Made by a program: the position numbers and the translations under genes. The notes beneath the pieces are model-generated. The model made no database searches. It was not told where the DNA came from and saw only the letters and a program-made list of their open reading frames with translations. Shown here in pieces: positions 19,239 to 28,938 of a stretch of 64,000 nt of DNA (positions are counted from its first letter, which is position 1; the number at the start of each line of letters is the position of its first letter). This stretch comes from a virus (lineage: Duplodnaviria; Caudoviricetes): positions 1 to 64,000 of IMG/VR virus record IMGVR_UViG_3300037466_002336; one strand, 5' to 3'.

Positions 19239-20072
19239 ATGAAGTTCAAGCTGTGGCGGCGCGCGGACGCTGCCTCCGTGCAGAAGGGCGCAACCGAAGT
19301 CGAGGCGGCATACCTCGCGTTCTGCGCCGAGATGGCGCAGGAGACGGGCGCCTACTACGACCCCGACCACGACGGCGACAACGACGCCGCGCAGCCGGAC
19401 CGGTACACGATGACCCGGCTCGGGTCGACGTCGCAAGGGACGCTGTGGAGCGTCTGCGACGACTCGTACTACTGGGGTCAGGTGTTCGTGCTCGACACCG
19501 GCGACACCGCCGAAGTGTTCCTCGCGAAGTCACGCGACGGCGAGAACCTGATGCTGGCGGAGGCGCTCGCCGAGCTCGACTTCGACATCGACGAGGCCGG
19601 TGACGGCGACGCCGGCGCGGTGCTGCTCGCGACGCTGAAGGCGGCCGGGCCGTCGAAGCCGACGTACACCATCGTGAAGAACGCGACGGTGCAGAAGGAC
19701 GGGGAGCAGCCGCAGCAGTACACGCTCGGGGTTGCGTACCCGGCGAGCGACGGCGACTGGCGCGACAGCCACGGCGACTACGCCACCGAGGGTGATCTCG
19801 AGCAGGCCGCGTGGGACTTCATGCGTTCCGGGCAGGTGTTGAAGGCAGGGTCGGGCACCGATCACGCCGACGGCACCGACCTGTCCGGCACCCCGGTGGA
19901 ATCGTACATCTACCGCGGCCCGGAGTGGGTCGACGACGACGGCGAGGTCATCGCGAAGTCCGGCGACTGGATGCTCGGCGTGGTGTGGGGCGACGACGCG
20001 TGGCAGCGGATCGAGTCCGACGAGCTGACCGGCTTCTCGATCCAGGGTGTCGCGGTCGTGGAGAACGACTGA
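19239..20072 (+). CDS. XkdF-like capsid maturation protease
   Basis: YTLGVAYP..DSHGD..EQAAWDFM..DH..PVESYI..GDWMLGV..ELTGFSIQG. Confidence 0.85.
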   Translation: MKFKLWRRADAASVQKGATEVEAAYLAFCAEMAQETGAYYDPDHDGDNDAAQPDRYTMTRLGSTSQGTLWSVCDDSYYWGQVFVLDTGDTAEVFLAKSRDGENLMLAEALAELDFDIDEAGDGDAGAVLLATLKAAGPSKPTYTIVKNATVQKDGEQPQQYTLGVAYPASDGDWRDSHGDYATEGDLEQAAWDFMRSGQVLKAGSGTDHADGTDLSGTPVESYIYRGPEWVDDDGEVIAKSGDWMLGVVWGDDAWQRIESDELTGFSIQGVAVVEND

Positions 20073-20230
20073 TGGCCGACACGCCGCTCATCGAGTTCCG
20101 TTGCCCGACGACGGGCTGCGGCAAGCTGCTGCTGAAGGTGTCGAGCGTCGACGGCATCGAAGTCGAGGTGCGGTGCCCGCGCTGTAAGAGCAACGTGACA
20201 GCGACGCTTCAGGCGTCCGACGAGAGTTGA
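20072..20230 (+). CDS. Mu Com-like zinc-ribbon regulator
   Basis: EFRCPTTGCGKLLLK...EVRCPRCKS. Confidence 0.7.
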   Translation: MADTPLIEFRCPTTGCGKLLLKVSSVDGIEVEVRCPRCKSNVTATLQASDES

Positions 20231-20241
20231 GGTAAAGAACG

Positions 20242-20655
20242 ATGGCGAACCTCGTCTACGACAAGGCCCGCACCGAGATCCTGACGAACGGGCTGACCGG
20301 CAAGACCCTGAAGGTCGCGCTGATCGACACCGGTGCGTACACCGTCGACCAGGCGGCGCACCAGTTCGTGTCGGACATTCCGGGTGCGGCGATCATCGCC
20401 CGCTCCGGCGCGCTCGCGAACATCACGCTCGGCGTGCTCGCGACGGGAACCCTCGACGCGGACGACCCGACCATCGCCGCCGTGACCGGCAACACGGTCG
20501 AGGCGTATGTGGTGTACGAGGACACCGGCGTCGACGGCACCAGCAAGCTGCTGTGCTACGTCGACGAGAGCGACGGGGCGGTGCCGATCTCGTTCACGCC
20601 GAACGGCTCGGACGTCGTCGTGACGTTCTCGGCCTCCGGCATCCTCGACATCTAG
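20242..20655 (+). CDS. putative virion structural protein
   Basis: MANLVYDKAR..LKVALID..HQFVSDI..LDADD..TPNGSDV resembles small virion proteins found next to fibres. Confidence 0.6.
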   Translation: MANLVYDKARTEILTNGLTGKTLKVALIDTGAYTVDQAAHQFVSDIPGAAIIARSGALANITLGVLATGTLDADDPTIAAVTGNTVEAYVVYEDTGVDGTSKLLCYVDESDGAVPISFTPNGSDVVVTFSASGILDI

Positions 20656-20669
20656 CCGAGGGTGCAGGC

Positions 20670-21272
20670 GTGAGCCTGCTGGCGACCGCAGCGGACTTCG
20701 AGCAGGAGGGCGGCCTCTATTGGCCGCCCTACTCTCGTTTCCCGTTCTTCCAGACCCGCGTTGACGAGCTGAAGCAGCGGTATGCCCCGGCCGGGCAACG
20801 GCTGCTCGTGGTCGGCTGCGGGTACGGGTACCTCGTCGACGACTGCGTGGCGGCCGGATATGACGCGTACGGCATCGACGCGTCGGCGTACGCGATCGGG
20901 AAGGGACAGACGTTGCTTCCCGGTATCGCGTCACGGCTGACGGTCGCGGACGCGTTGGACGCGGCAGCGTTGGACCAGGCAGCGAAGGGGTGGGGGTTGA
21001 AGGGCGGCACCCCGAAATGGACGCTGCTCATCACCGAGGACTGTTTGCCGTGCATGACGGACACGGAGGTGCAGACCGCGCTCACGAACCTGCGTGCCCG
21101 CTGCACAACGAACCTTGCGCATGTGGTGACGTGCGGTGACCCGGCCGTGGACAAGGTCGACCCGCGCATCAACTGGAAGTCGGTAGACGGGTGGCGGACG
21201 GTGCTGTGCCCGCCGGACGTGGTCGCGGACTCCGAAACGGGACTGTGGTGGAACGCCACAGGGCAGGTGTAG
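20670..21272 (+). CDS. class I SAM-dependent methyltransferase
   Basis: Motif I LLVVGCGYG; AYGIDASAYAI; VADAL. Confidence 0.75.
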   Translation: MSLLATAADFEQEGGLYWPPYSRFPFFQTRVDELKQRYAPAGQRLLVVGCGYGYLVDDCVAAGYDAYGIDASAYAIGKGQTLLPGIASRLTVADALDAAALDQAAKGWGLKGGTPKWTLLITEDCLPCMTDTEVQTALTNLRARCTTNLAHVVTCGDPAVDKVDPRINWKSVDGWRTVLCPPDVVADSETGLWWNATGQV

Positions 21273-21276
21273 AGCG

Positions 21277-24200
21277 ATGGCGACGGCGACGGCGGCGACG
21301 GCGATCGGCACGGGTACGTCGTGGGGCGGTGACGGCGCGTTCGGGCGTCGCGGCCCGTGGAAGGACTCGAGCGGCACCCTGTGGACGGCGATGTTCGTCG
21401 GCGCCACCGTGCAGGCGTTCAAGAGCACCGACAACGGGGCGACATGGACAGGTGACGGTGTCGGCACCCCTGCGGCCTCGTCCGCTGTCCTTGACGTCGT
21501 GTTCGACGGCGCCGGGCTGTGGGTTCTCACCGCGGACGCCAGCTTCGCTCTGAGCGTCGCGCATTTCGCTGGCGGGGCGTGGACGACGTATACGGGCGGC
21601 CCGACCGTGTCCCCGGACGGGAACAACGACTACCCGGCGATGATGGTGCGACGGCCGAACGGCGACCTTGTTGTGTTCTACCAGACGACGGCGAACGTGA
21701 TGGGAAAGGCGTACCGGCGCGCCTACTACGTCATCTTCTCGGGGGCGGCGTGGGGAACACCGGCCGAGGTCGACCCCGGCCCCGGCAACCAGACCAACTA
21801 CGACGTGAGGACGATGGTCCTCGGTGCCGCCGACCGCGTGCATTTCTTCTACCAAGCCTTCTCCGGTGCAAACAGCCGGTCGATGAGCGGCACGACGCTC
21901 GACACCGAGGTGACGGCGGACATTTACGGCATCGCCTCAAGCAAGTACACCTCGTTCTACGACGCCACCCTCGGCGTGGTCGTCGTGGGACCCGTCGGAG
22001 GTCACCTCTCGCGCGCGCCGTCACAAGCGAGCCCTACGTTCGTCGCGGACGGAAACACCTACTCCGCCGGTAACAACGTCGGCGCACGGTTCGGGTTGGC
22101 GTACATGTCCGGTCTGCTGTACGCCTTCTACAGCACAACAGGCGACGTCGAGTCGACTAACAGCCCGAGCCCGAACGACTGGACGACGTATGCGCCGGAC
22201 GTCCTCTTCAACGGATATCCGCTCGGCGGTGTTGACGCGACCACATTCGACGCGTCAACCATCGGTGTTGTGTTCGAGGACACCGGCGCGCCCTACTACC
22301 TGGAGTTCTCGACCGGGCCGCAGACCATCACGATCCAAGGCGGCATGTGCGCGGCGGCGGTGGTCGCGCACGGCGGCGCCGTCGACGGATCGGGTGTGGT
22401 GTATGTGACCGGCGGTGTGTCGTCGACCCCGGTGGTCGCTGACGGCGGGTCGGTGTTGCCGACGGGTGCGGCGATCATCTCCGGTGGTGCGGCGCACGCG
22501 CCTCCGGTTGCGTTCGGCGGGCAGCTTGCGGGCGGCCCGACCGACGTTTTCGGTGGCTGCGCGTTCGCGTCGGTTGCGCCGCGCGGCGGTTCGCTTGCGC
22601 CCGCGGGTGCTGTCGTGTTGGTCGGCGGCGTCGCGGGCGTAGCCGTGTCCGCGTTCGGCGGCACCGTGCGGCCGGGGGTCGCGACCATCGTCGGGGGGGC
22701 GGCGATCGCACCGGCGGCCGCGCACGGCGGGACTGTCGCGGCGTTCGGGGTGGTGCCGGTCGACGGTGGGGTGACGGACGCCCCGGCTGTGGCGCACGGC
22801 GCGACGGTCGCGCCTTCAGGGACGGCACCGGTTGCTGGCGGGGTCGCGTCCGCGCCGACGGCAGGGCACGGCGGGACGCTCACGCCCGCCGGTTCCGCCG
22901 TGTTGACGGGCGGGGTCGCGTCCGCCCCCGCCAACGCGGACGGGGGCACGCTGGCACCGGCCGGGCACACAGCCGTGCAGGGCGGCATGTGCGGTGCTGT
23001 CGCCGCCGTATACGGCGGCTCCCTCACCGCGGCCGGGGTCGCGTCTTTCCAGGGCGGTGTGGCGCTCGCAGCGGTGCGCGCGAACGGTGGACAGCTCGGC
23101 GCCACCGGCGCCAACGAGATCCTCGGCGGGCAAGCTTCCGCGCCCGCCGCAGCGCACGGCGGCACGATGGCCGCGGCCGGAGCCGCCACGGTCACCGGAG
23201 GCGTCGCTTCCGCACCGGCCGCAGCGCACGGCGGAACCGTCGCTGCGACCGGCGCCGAGCAGATCGCAGGAGGTGTCGCGAACGCCCCCGCGACGACCCA
23301 CGGCGGCACGCTCACAGCGTCAGGGGGCGCGGAGCTCGCAGGCGGCGAAACGTCCGTGCCGGTCGTTGCGCACGGCGGCACCGTCAGTTCCGCCGGTGCG
23401 GCGACGGTCGCCGGTGGTGTTGCCGCAGCAGCGGTCACAGGCCGGGGTGGGCAGCTCGCCGCGGCAGGCCACGCGACAGTGACGGGTGGCGCCGCCGCGG
23501 CGCCGACGGTCGCGCACGGCGGCGACATCTCGAGCGCGGGCGGCAGCGACATCGTCGGAGGGGTCGTCGGCGCGCCGGCAGCGGCGCACGGCGGGAAGCT
23601 GACCGCGGCGGGCGCAGCGACGGTCGCGGGCGGCAGCGTCGCCGCGCCGGTCACCGTCAACGGCGGCCAGCTCGTCCCCGGCCCCGTCACCGTCACCGGC
23701 GGAGCGGCACACGGCCCGCAGCCGGTCGCGCACGGCGGCACCGTCGCTGTCGCGGGTGCAGCACCCGTCCACGGCGGCGAAACACTCGCGCCGGCCGTCG
23801 CGCACGGCGGCACGCTCACCGGCGCCGGGATCGCGCACCTCGACGGGAGCGTTGTCGTCGTGTCGGTCGCAGCGTACGGCGGCGGCATGGCCGGTGTGGG
23901 GGCTGTCGACGTCGCCGGCGGCGGGACGGATGCGCCCGTCTCGGCGCATGGCGGCGTGCTGGCCCCGGCAGGTTCGACGGCGGTTACGGGCGGGACGGTC
24001 GACGCGCCGACGGTCGCGCGCGGCGGCGGGCTCACCGCGACAGGCACGGCACACGTCGACGGCGGACTGACGGACGCCGCGGTCGTCGGGCACGGCGGCA
24101 CGCTCGACGGTGCAGGCCAGGTGCCGCTCCCCGCCGGGTCCGTGACAGCGCCGGTCGTCGCGGGCGGCGGCATGGTGCTCGAGCTGGTCCCGGTCGGGGA

Positions 24201-24348
24201 AGCGTCCGTCGTCACAGAGGCAGACACCGCCGCCGTGCGGGTGTTCGCCGCGACGGTGACGGCGGACACGCTCGCGGACACGGCGACCGTGCGGACGGTC
24301 GCGGATGCCACGGCGATCGTCAGCTACGCCGACGACGTCGTGGTCTAG
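21277..24348 (+). CDS. 1023-aa fibre-like protein: N-terminal propeller-like domain plus Gly/Ala-rich repeats
   Basis: Asp-box STDNGATW; about 30 copies of a ~21-aa GGxAxAPAxAHGGxL/V unit. Confidence 0.8.
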   Translation: MATATAATAIGTGTSWGGDGAFGRRGPWKDSSGTLWTAMFVGATVQAFKSTDNGATWTGDGVGTPAASSAVLDVVFDGAGLWVLTADASFALSVAHFAGGAWTTYTGGPTVSPDGNNDYPAMMVRRPNGDLVVFYQTTANVMGKAYRRAYYVIFSGAAWGTPAEVDPGPGNQTNYDVRTMVLGAADRVHFFYQAFSGANSRSMSGTTLDTEVTADIYGIASSKYTSFYDATLGVVVVGPVGGHLSRAPSQASPTFVADGNTYSAGNNVGARFGLAYMSGLLYAFYSTTGDVESTNSPSPNDWTTYAPDVLFNGYPLGGVDATTFDASTIGVVFEDTGAPYYLEFSTGPQTITIQGGMCAAAVVAHGGAVDGSGVVYVTGGVSSTPVVADGGSVLPTGAAIISGGAAHAPPVAFGGQLAGGPTDVFGGCAFASVAPRGGSLAPAGAVVLVGGVAGVAVSAFGGTVRPGVATIVGGAAIAPAAAHGGTVAAFGVVPVDGGVTDAPAVAHGATVAPSGTAPVAGGVASAPTAGHGGTLTPAGSAVLTGGVASAPANADGGTLAPAGHTAVQGGMCGAVAAVYGGSLTAAGVASFQGGVALAAVRANGGQLGATGANEILGGQASAPAAAHGGTMAAAGAATVTGGVASAPAAAHGGTVAATGAEQIAGGVANAPATTHGGTLTASGGAELAGGETSVPVVAHGGTVSSAGAATVAGGVAAAAVTGRGGQLAAAGHATVTGGAAAAPTVAHGGDISSAGGSDIVGGVVGAPAAAHGGKLTAAGAATVAGGSVAAPVTVNGGQLVPGPVTVTGGAAHGPQPVAHGGTVAVAGAAPVHGGETLAPAVAHGGTLTGAGIAHLDGSVVVVSVAAYGGGMAGVGAVDVAGGGTDAPVSAHGGVLAPAGSTAVTGGTVDAPTVARGGGLTATGTAHVDGGLTDAAVVGHGGTLDGAGQVPLPAGSVTAPVVAGGGMVLELVPVGEASVVTEADTAAVRVFAATVTADTLADTATVRTVADATAIVSYADDVVV

Positions 24349-24396
24349 GCTGGAAGCAGGCGCGCGAGGCACGCGCCACAAGACGAGGTAGTGGAG

Positions 24397-24711
24397 ATGG
24401 CTGAGCAATACACCCTCGGCACCGCGGTGTGGTTCGAGGCCACGTTCAAGTCGAAGGACACCGGTGCGGTCGCCGACCCGTCGGAGGTGACGGTGCGGGT
24501 ATGGCAGGACGGTGACGCCGCCGCCGACGTGCAGACGTCCACCTACGACGGCGGACTCGGCCAGGTTGTGCGGGAAGCGACCGGGGTGTACCGGCTGCGC
24601 ACGATGCCGACGAAGCCGGGGCGTGTGTACGCCGAGTTCGTCGGTGACGGCGCCGTCGAAGCAGCCGCCGTCGAGTACGCGATCATCATCGACACCGGGG
24701 TGCCGTCGTGA
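24397..24711 (+). CDS. Ig/BppU-like virion protein
   Basis: ADPSEVTVRV...GVYRL...GRVYAEF pattern; GAGGTAGTGG RBS. Confidence 0.55.
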   Translation: MAEQYTLGTAVWFEATFKSKDTGAVADPSEVTVRVWQDGDAAADVQTSTYDGGLGQVVREATGVYRLRTMPTKPGRVYAEFVGDGAVEAAAVEYAIIIDTGVPS

Positions 24712-25022
24712 GCCGCTGGTTCGTCGACACGTTCGGTAACGGCGACGCGAAGCAGGCGTTGTCGAACCTGTATTGGGGGCTGTGGGTCGGCGTGATGTTC
24801 CTGGTGCCGGAGCTGCTTGCGGCAACCCACACGGTCCCGATGTACACGCTGTCGCGCACAAGCTGGAACGACGAGGTCACGTACTCGTGGCTGCGCACGC
24901 TGATCGCCGGGTTCCTGTTGGGGCTGATCGTGCACATCAGGTTCGCGACGCCGCTCGGGAAGGCGGAGCTTGGCGGCGTCGGGATCGCGCTGCTCGCGCA
25001 TCTGACGTGGGCGGCGTTGTAA
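24708..25022 (+). CDS. three-TM membrane protein
   Basis: Three hydrophobic helices. Confidence 0.65.
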   Translation: MSRWFVDTFGNGDAKQALSNLYWGLWVGVMFLVPELLAATHTVPMYTLSRTSWNDEVTYSWLRTLIAGFLLGLIVHIRFATPLGKAELGGVGIALLAHLTWAAL

Positions 25023-25074
25023 CACTTCCGACAGTCGTGGTGTAATAGGCAAGTAGCACGTTGTAGTGAGTGCC

Positions 25075-25109
25075 TGAACGCCGGAGCGTCCTTGAACGCC
25101 GGAGCGTCC
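25075..25109. repeat. 17-bp tandem direct repeat TGAACGCCGGAGCGTCC x2
   Basis: Exact copies at 25075-25091 and 25093-25109. Confidence 0.9.
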
Positions 25110-25143
25110 GAGTACCGGATGCAACCGAGCAGAGGTGTGACAG

Positions 25144-25779
25144 ATGGGACGCATGAGGCAGATGAGCATCGAGCGGGTCGACGCCGTGGACGAACCGGCC
25201 ACGGGTCACCGTTGGGTCATCGCCAAGCGGTCGAAGCAGACCACGAAGGCGCAGAGCGAGGCGGCCGACAAGGACGCGCTTGCGAAGGCGGCCATCGAGG
25301 AGCTGCTCAAGGACACGGACCTCGACGTCAGCGAGGACGCGGCTGCTGCGCTGTCCGCGCTCGCCGACGCGCACGGTCTGACGTTCACGCTCGCGAAGGA
25401 CGACGAGGACGAGCCGGAAGCCGACAACGGCGACGGCGACGAGTCCGACGAGTCCGACGAGAGCGACGCGGACGACGCCGACGCCGACGAGCAGGACGGC
25501 GAAGGCGACGACGAGCAGAACGACGCCGACGAGGGCGACAGCGACGACGAGGACAACGACCTCGCGAAGCGCATCGGCACTCTCGAGAAGGCCGTCGAGC
25601 TGCTCATCGAGAGGTTCGACGACAAGCCGGGCGACCGGCCGAAGGTCGAGCCGACGCTGAAGGCGCGCCGCCGGCGCACCTCCAAGCAGGTGACCGGCCA
25701 GGACAACCTCGACGGCGGCGAGCCGCTCGCGAAGTCAGACGGCCGCGTCTCCTACGAGAACGTCGTGTTCGGCCAGTAG
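25144..25779 (+). CDS. capsid scaffolding protein
   Basis: Directly before MCP; SIERVDAVDEPA N-terminus; long acidic tract. Confidence 0.7.
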   Translation: MGRMRQMSIERVDAVDEPATGHRWVIAKRSKQTTKAQSEAADKDALAKAAIEELLKDTDLDVSEDAAAALSALADAHGLTFTLAKDDEDEPEADNGDGDESDESDESDADDADADEQDGEGDDEQNDADEGDSDDEDNDLAKRIGTLEKAVELLIERFDDKPGDRPKVEPTLKARRRRTSKQVTGQDNLDGGEPLAKSDGRVSYENVVFGQ

Positions 25780-25823
25780 GCCGCACACACCACCGCAAGC
25801 ACTAGAGGCACGAGGTACTCACA

Positions 25824-26798
25824 ATGGCAACGAGGCTCACGGACTTCATCGCGAAGGCCGCCGGCGATCCGATGACCGCCGACGCCCTCGCGACGAACGG
25901 TGGTCTGCTCTCGAACGAGCAGGCCCGGCAGTTCCTCCGCGACGCGATCGAGGCGTCGGTCATCCTGAAGGCGGCCGACAGCTTCGACTCGAAGTCGCCG
26001 AAGTTCGACGTTCCGGCCCTGGCGTTCGGCAACCGCATCATGCGGGCGACCGCCGCGGGCATGCGCGTCGACGCGGCGAACCGCGTCGCCCCGACGACCG
26101 GCGAGGTCACGCTGTCGACCGAGCTGTTCAAGGGCGAGGTCCCGATCGCGCAGGACGTGTTCGAGGACAACATCGAGGGCGCAGAGCTCGCCAACACGAT
26201 CATGCAGATGATCGCGGAGGCGGTCGGGCGCGACCTCGAGGAGATCGCGATCAAGTCGGACACGACGTCGACCGATCCGGACTTCGCGAAGCTCGCGGGC
26301 GGCGGGATCATCTCGCAGCTCATCACGGCGAACGAGAACCTGTACGACGCGACGGGCAAGACGTCGTACAAGGCGATGTTCAAGGGCATGGTCGGGGCGC
26401 TGCCGACGCGCTACCGCCGCGACTGGTCCTCGTTCGTGCTGTACGTCACCCCGCACGTCGCGGACGGGTATGCCGACGAGCTCGGCGACCGCGCGACGCA
26501 GCTCGGCGACGCGAACACGGACGGCAAGCCGGTGCAGCGGTACCGCGGCATCCCGGTGATCGAGGTTCCGCTTCTGAGCGGCACCGACACCTGGGGCGCC
26601 ACGTCGCACGACTTCTCGACGTACGCGGTGCTGTGCAACCCGAAGAACCTGAAGATCGGGTTCCACCGCCGGGTCGAGGTCGAGAGGTACCGCGAGCCGC
26701 TGTCCAACGCGACGTCGTTCCTGCCGCGCGTGCGGTACGACGCCCGGTGGGCTCAGGTCTCGTCGGTCGTCCTCGGCGAGAACGTCCCGGCGCTCTAG
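25824..26798 (+). CDS. major capsid protein (HK97 fold, XkdG-like)
   Basis: GGLLSNEQARQFL, IEGAELANTIM, GIPVIEVP; position. Confidence 0.9.
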   Translation: MATRLTDFIAKAAGDPMTADALATNGGLLSNEQARQFLRDAIEASVILKAADSFDSKSPKFDVPALAFGNRIMRATAAGMRVDAANRVAPTTGEVTLSTELFKGEVPIAQDVFEDNIEGAELANTIMQMIAEAVGRDLEEIAIKSDTTSTDPDFAKLAGGGIISQLITANENLYDATGKTSYKAMFKGMVGALPTRYRRDWSSFVLYVTPHVADGYADELGDRATQLGDANTDGKPVQRYRGIPVIEVPLLSGTDTWGATSHDFSTYAVLCNPKNLKIGFHRRVEVERYREPLSNATSFLPRVRYDARWAQVSSVVLGENVPAL

Positions 26799-26832
26799 CC
26801 CTGGGTCGGACCCTTAGACCGGAGGTAGAGCA

Positions 26833-27099
26833 ATGGGCTTCGAGAAGCTGAGCGCGTTCGTCGGTACGGGCGTCGAGATCAAGCGGGCGTTCGTGGCGGG
26901 TGCCGCCGCGAACACCGAGCTCGCCGTCGCCGGGCTGTCGCTGCGCGCGGAGCTGCTGTCGGTCGTCGAGTGGGCTGCGGGTGCCCCCACCGACCGCACG
27001 GGCGTCGCGTCCGTGTCGTCGGCCGGGCACGTGAAGGTCAACGACGACACGACCGGCAACACGGTCGAGGTTCTCTACGCGCAGCCGTTCGGCGCGTAG
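26833..27099 (+). CDS. putative capsid decoration protein
   Basis: Follows MCP with GGAGGTAG RBS, before terminator. Confidence 0.55.
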   Translation: MGFEKLSAFVGTGVEIKRAFVAGAAANTELAVAGLSLRAELLSVVEWAAGAPTDRTGVASVSSAGHVKVNDDTTGNTVEVLYAQPFGA

Positions 27100-27115
27100 G
27101 AACACCTGATCAAAC

Positions 27116-27156
27116 GAAGGGGCGGCCCGGCTCGTTGAGGGCCGCGCCGCCCCTTC
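27116..27156 (+). terminator. hairpin terminator after capsid genes
   Basis: GAAGGGGCGGC...GCCGCCCCTTC. Confidence 0.7.
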
Positions 27157-27177
27157 GTCGTCTTAGAGAGGGGTGCC

Positions 27178-27804
27178 GTGCTCGTTGAACTTGAGGACGT
27201 GAAGCGCAAGATCGGGGTGCCGGTCGGTGACGAGTCGAACGACCTGCTGATCGGTTCGGCGTTGGCGAGCGCGAACCAGCGGGTGCTTGACCGTTGCGGC
27301 TACTCGGAGGCGGCGCTGACAGCCCACGTCGAGGTGAAGTCGAACCAGCGGAACGACCGCACCTACCTCACCGACTTGCGGCCGGTGGCGAACCTGGTGG
27401 TGGAAGGCCGCCCGGAGTACGTCACCGACTTCTACGAGCTGTGGGTCAGCCTTGACGACCCGGCGAACGGTGTCGTGACGTTGATCGGAGCGACCGATTT
27501 CGCGTGGCTTGCGTTGCGGGAGGCGCACGGGTACGGGGAGCGGCTGTACACGTGGCCGGTCGTCCGGTACACGTACGACGTCGCGGCGGTAGCGGACGCG
27601 GTGACCGCCGACGAGTACAAGGCGTTGCAGGACGCCGTGTCGAGCTTGACGGCGTGGCTGTTGACGCAGCAGCTCGCGCGCGGCACAACCGAGCAGCAGA
27701 TCAACCGGATTCGCCAGGTGTTGTCGCAGAAGTCGGAGCCGTCGTGGCTGTGGACGCCGCTCGCAAGGCACTTCCGTGACGGCGAGCGCGCCGAATGGGT
27801 CTGA
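27178..27804 (+). CDS. head-tail adaptor
   Basis: VELEDVKRKIG..NDLLI..AN N-terminus; synteny. Confidence 0.75.
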   Translation: MLVELEDVKRKIGVPVGDESNDLLIGSALASANQRVLDRCGYSEAALTAHVEVKSNQRNDRTYLTDLRPVANLVVEGRPEYVTDFYELWVSLDDPANGVVTLIGATDFAWLALREAHGYGERLYTWPVVRYTYDVAAVADAVTADEYKALQDAVSSLTAWLLTQQLARGTTEQQINRIRQVLSQKSEPSWLWTPLARHFRDGERAEWV

Positions 27805-28136
27805 ACATCTCTACGTCGCCGCTCGGGTTCCCGGGCAGCCAGCAGCTCACGGTGTTGGCGGTTACGCGCACGCAGACGGAGACGGGCGGCTGGACCGAAG
27901 TGTGGGATGAGGTCGGCACCGTCTACGGGTGGGTGACACAGCCCGCGAGGACTTCGATGATGGAGCGGGTGATGGGCGAGCAGCCCCTCGACGCTGAGAT
28001 CGTCGAGATCACCGCGAACGACACCGTCGGGATCGTCGGCAGCAACCGTGTCCGTGACGCCGCCGGCGTCACCTACGAGGTGGTCGGGGTGCAGCGGCAG
28101 ATGGACGTTGTGGTGTTGGCGGGACGGAGGGTGTAG
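27795..28136 (+). CDS. head closure (stopper) protein
   Basis: GGWTEVW..VYGWV; YEVVGV; synteny. Confidence 0.7.
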   Translation: MGLNISTSPLGFPGSQQLTVLAVTRTQTETGGWTEVWDEVGTVYGWVTQPARTSMMERVMGEQPLDAEIVEITANDTVGIVGSNRVRDAAGVTYEVVGVQRQMDVVVLAGRRV

Positions 28137-28138
28137 CC

Positions 28139-28522
28139 GTGTCGATGGCTGTCCGTGTCGAGCTGAAGAAGAACCTGATTCCCGGCTACCGGCGTCGCAC
28201 GGCGGTGAGGTTGGCCGAGGCGGTCGAGTTGACGTTGCATGCGATCGAGCAGGACGTGAAGGGCGGCCCGCACTCGCTGTACCAGGCGTACCCTCCGGTG
28301 CCGTCGTATGACCGCACCGGCACGCTCGGCCGCTCCTACCACGTCGAGTACCACGGCGGGTTCTCCGGGACGGTCGGCAGCGATCCTGGGTTGGCGCCGT
28401 ACGCGGTGTACGTGGAGTACGGCACGTCGAAGATGGACGCGAAGCCGCATCTGAAGCCGTCGGCGGAAGCGCAACGGCTGCCGTTCCTAGCGCGCGTCCG
28501 TGCGGCGCTGCGGGGCCGGTGA
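28139..28522 (+). CDS. HK97 gp10-like tail completion protein
   Basis: RTGTLGRS...YAVYVEYGTSKMDAKPHLKPS. Confidence 0.85.
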   Translation: MSMAVRVELKKNLIPGYRRRTAVRLAEAVELTLHAIEQDVKGGPHSLYQAYPPVPSYDRTGTLGRSYHVEYHGGFSGTVGSDPGLAPYAVYVEYGTSKMDAKPHLKPSAEAQRLPFLARVRAALRGR

Positions 28523-28938
28523 TGCGCGAGCTGCGCGCACAGATCCTTGCGGCGTTGAAGGCCGACGCGAACGTGACCGGGCAGGCGACCGGCGGTGTGT
28601 GGGCGCGCCGGGCGCCGGAGGACAGCGTGTTCCCGTACGTCGTGTTCTTCCAGACGTCCGGGACGCTGATGTACACGTTCGCTCAACGGTCGACGCAGAC
28701 GTTCACGTTCGTGGTGAAGGGTGTGACGGACGGCACCGACGACGGCCCGGCGTGCGACCTGGACGCAGCGATCGACGAGTGCCTGACCGACCGGCTGGAC
28801 GGGGTCGAGCTCGCGAACGGCAAAGGCACGATCATCGAGTGCCGCCGCGAAGCCGACGTCGAGTACCCGGAGACGGCGCAGCCGGGCGTGTACCTGACGC
28901 ACAAGGGCGGCTCGTACCGGGTGCGGGTCGCGTTCTAA
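28519..28938 (+). CDS. tail terminator (DUF3168-like)
   Basis: APEDSVFPYVVF; synteny. Confidence 0.75.
   Translation: MMRELRAQILAALKADANVTGQATGGVWARRAPEDSVFPYVVFFQTSGTLMYTFAQRSTQTFTFVVKGVTDGTDDGPACDLDAAIDECLTDRLDGVELANGKGTIIECRREADVEYPETAQPGVYLTHKGGSYRVRVAF

Noticed and set aside
22296-24311. Long antisense and alternate-frame ORFs (also 9577-11100, 11619-12995, 31845-33125, 62369-63701 and many others)
   Set aside because: Expected shadow ORFs in very GC-rich DNA; they overlap well-supported genes and lack RBS or motifs
21277-24348. PE_PGRS or collagen-like call for the Gly-rich protein
   Set aside because: No PE domain and no Gly-X-Y periodicity; the repeat unit is ~21 aa
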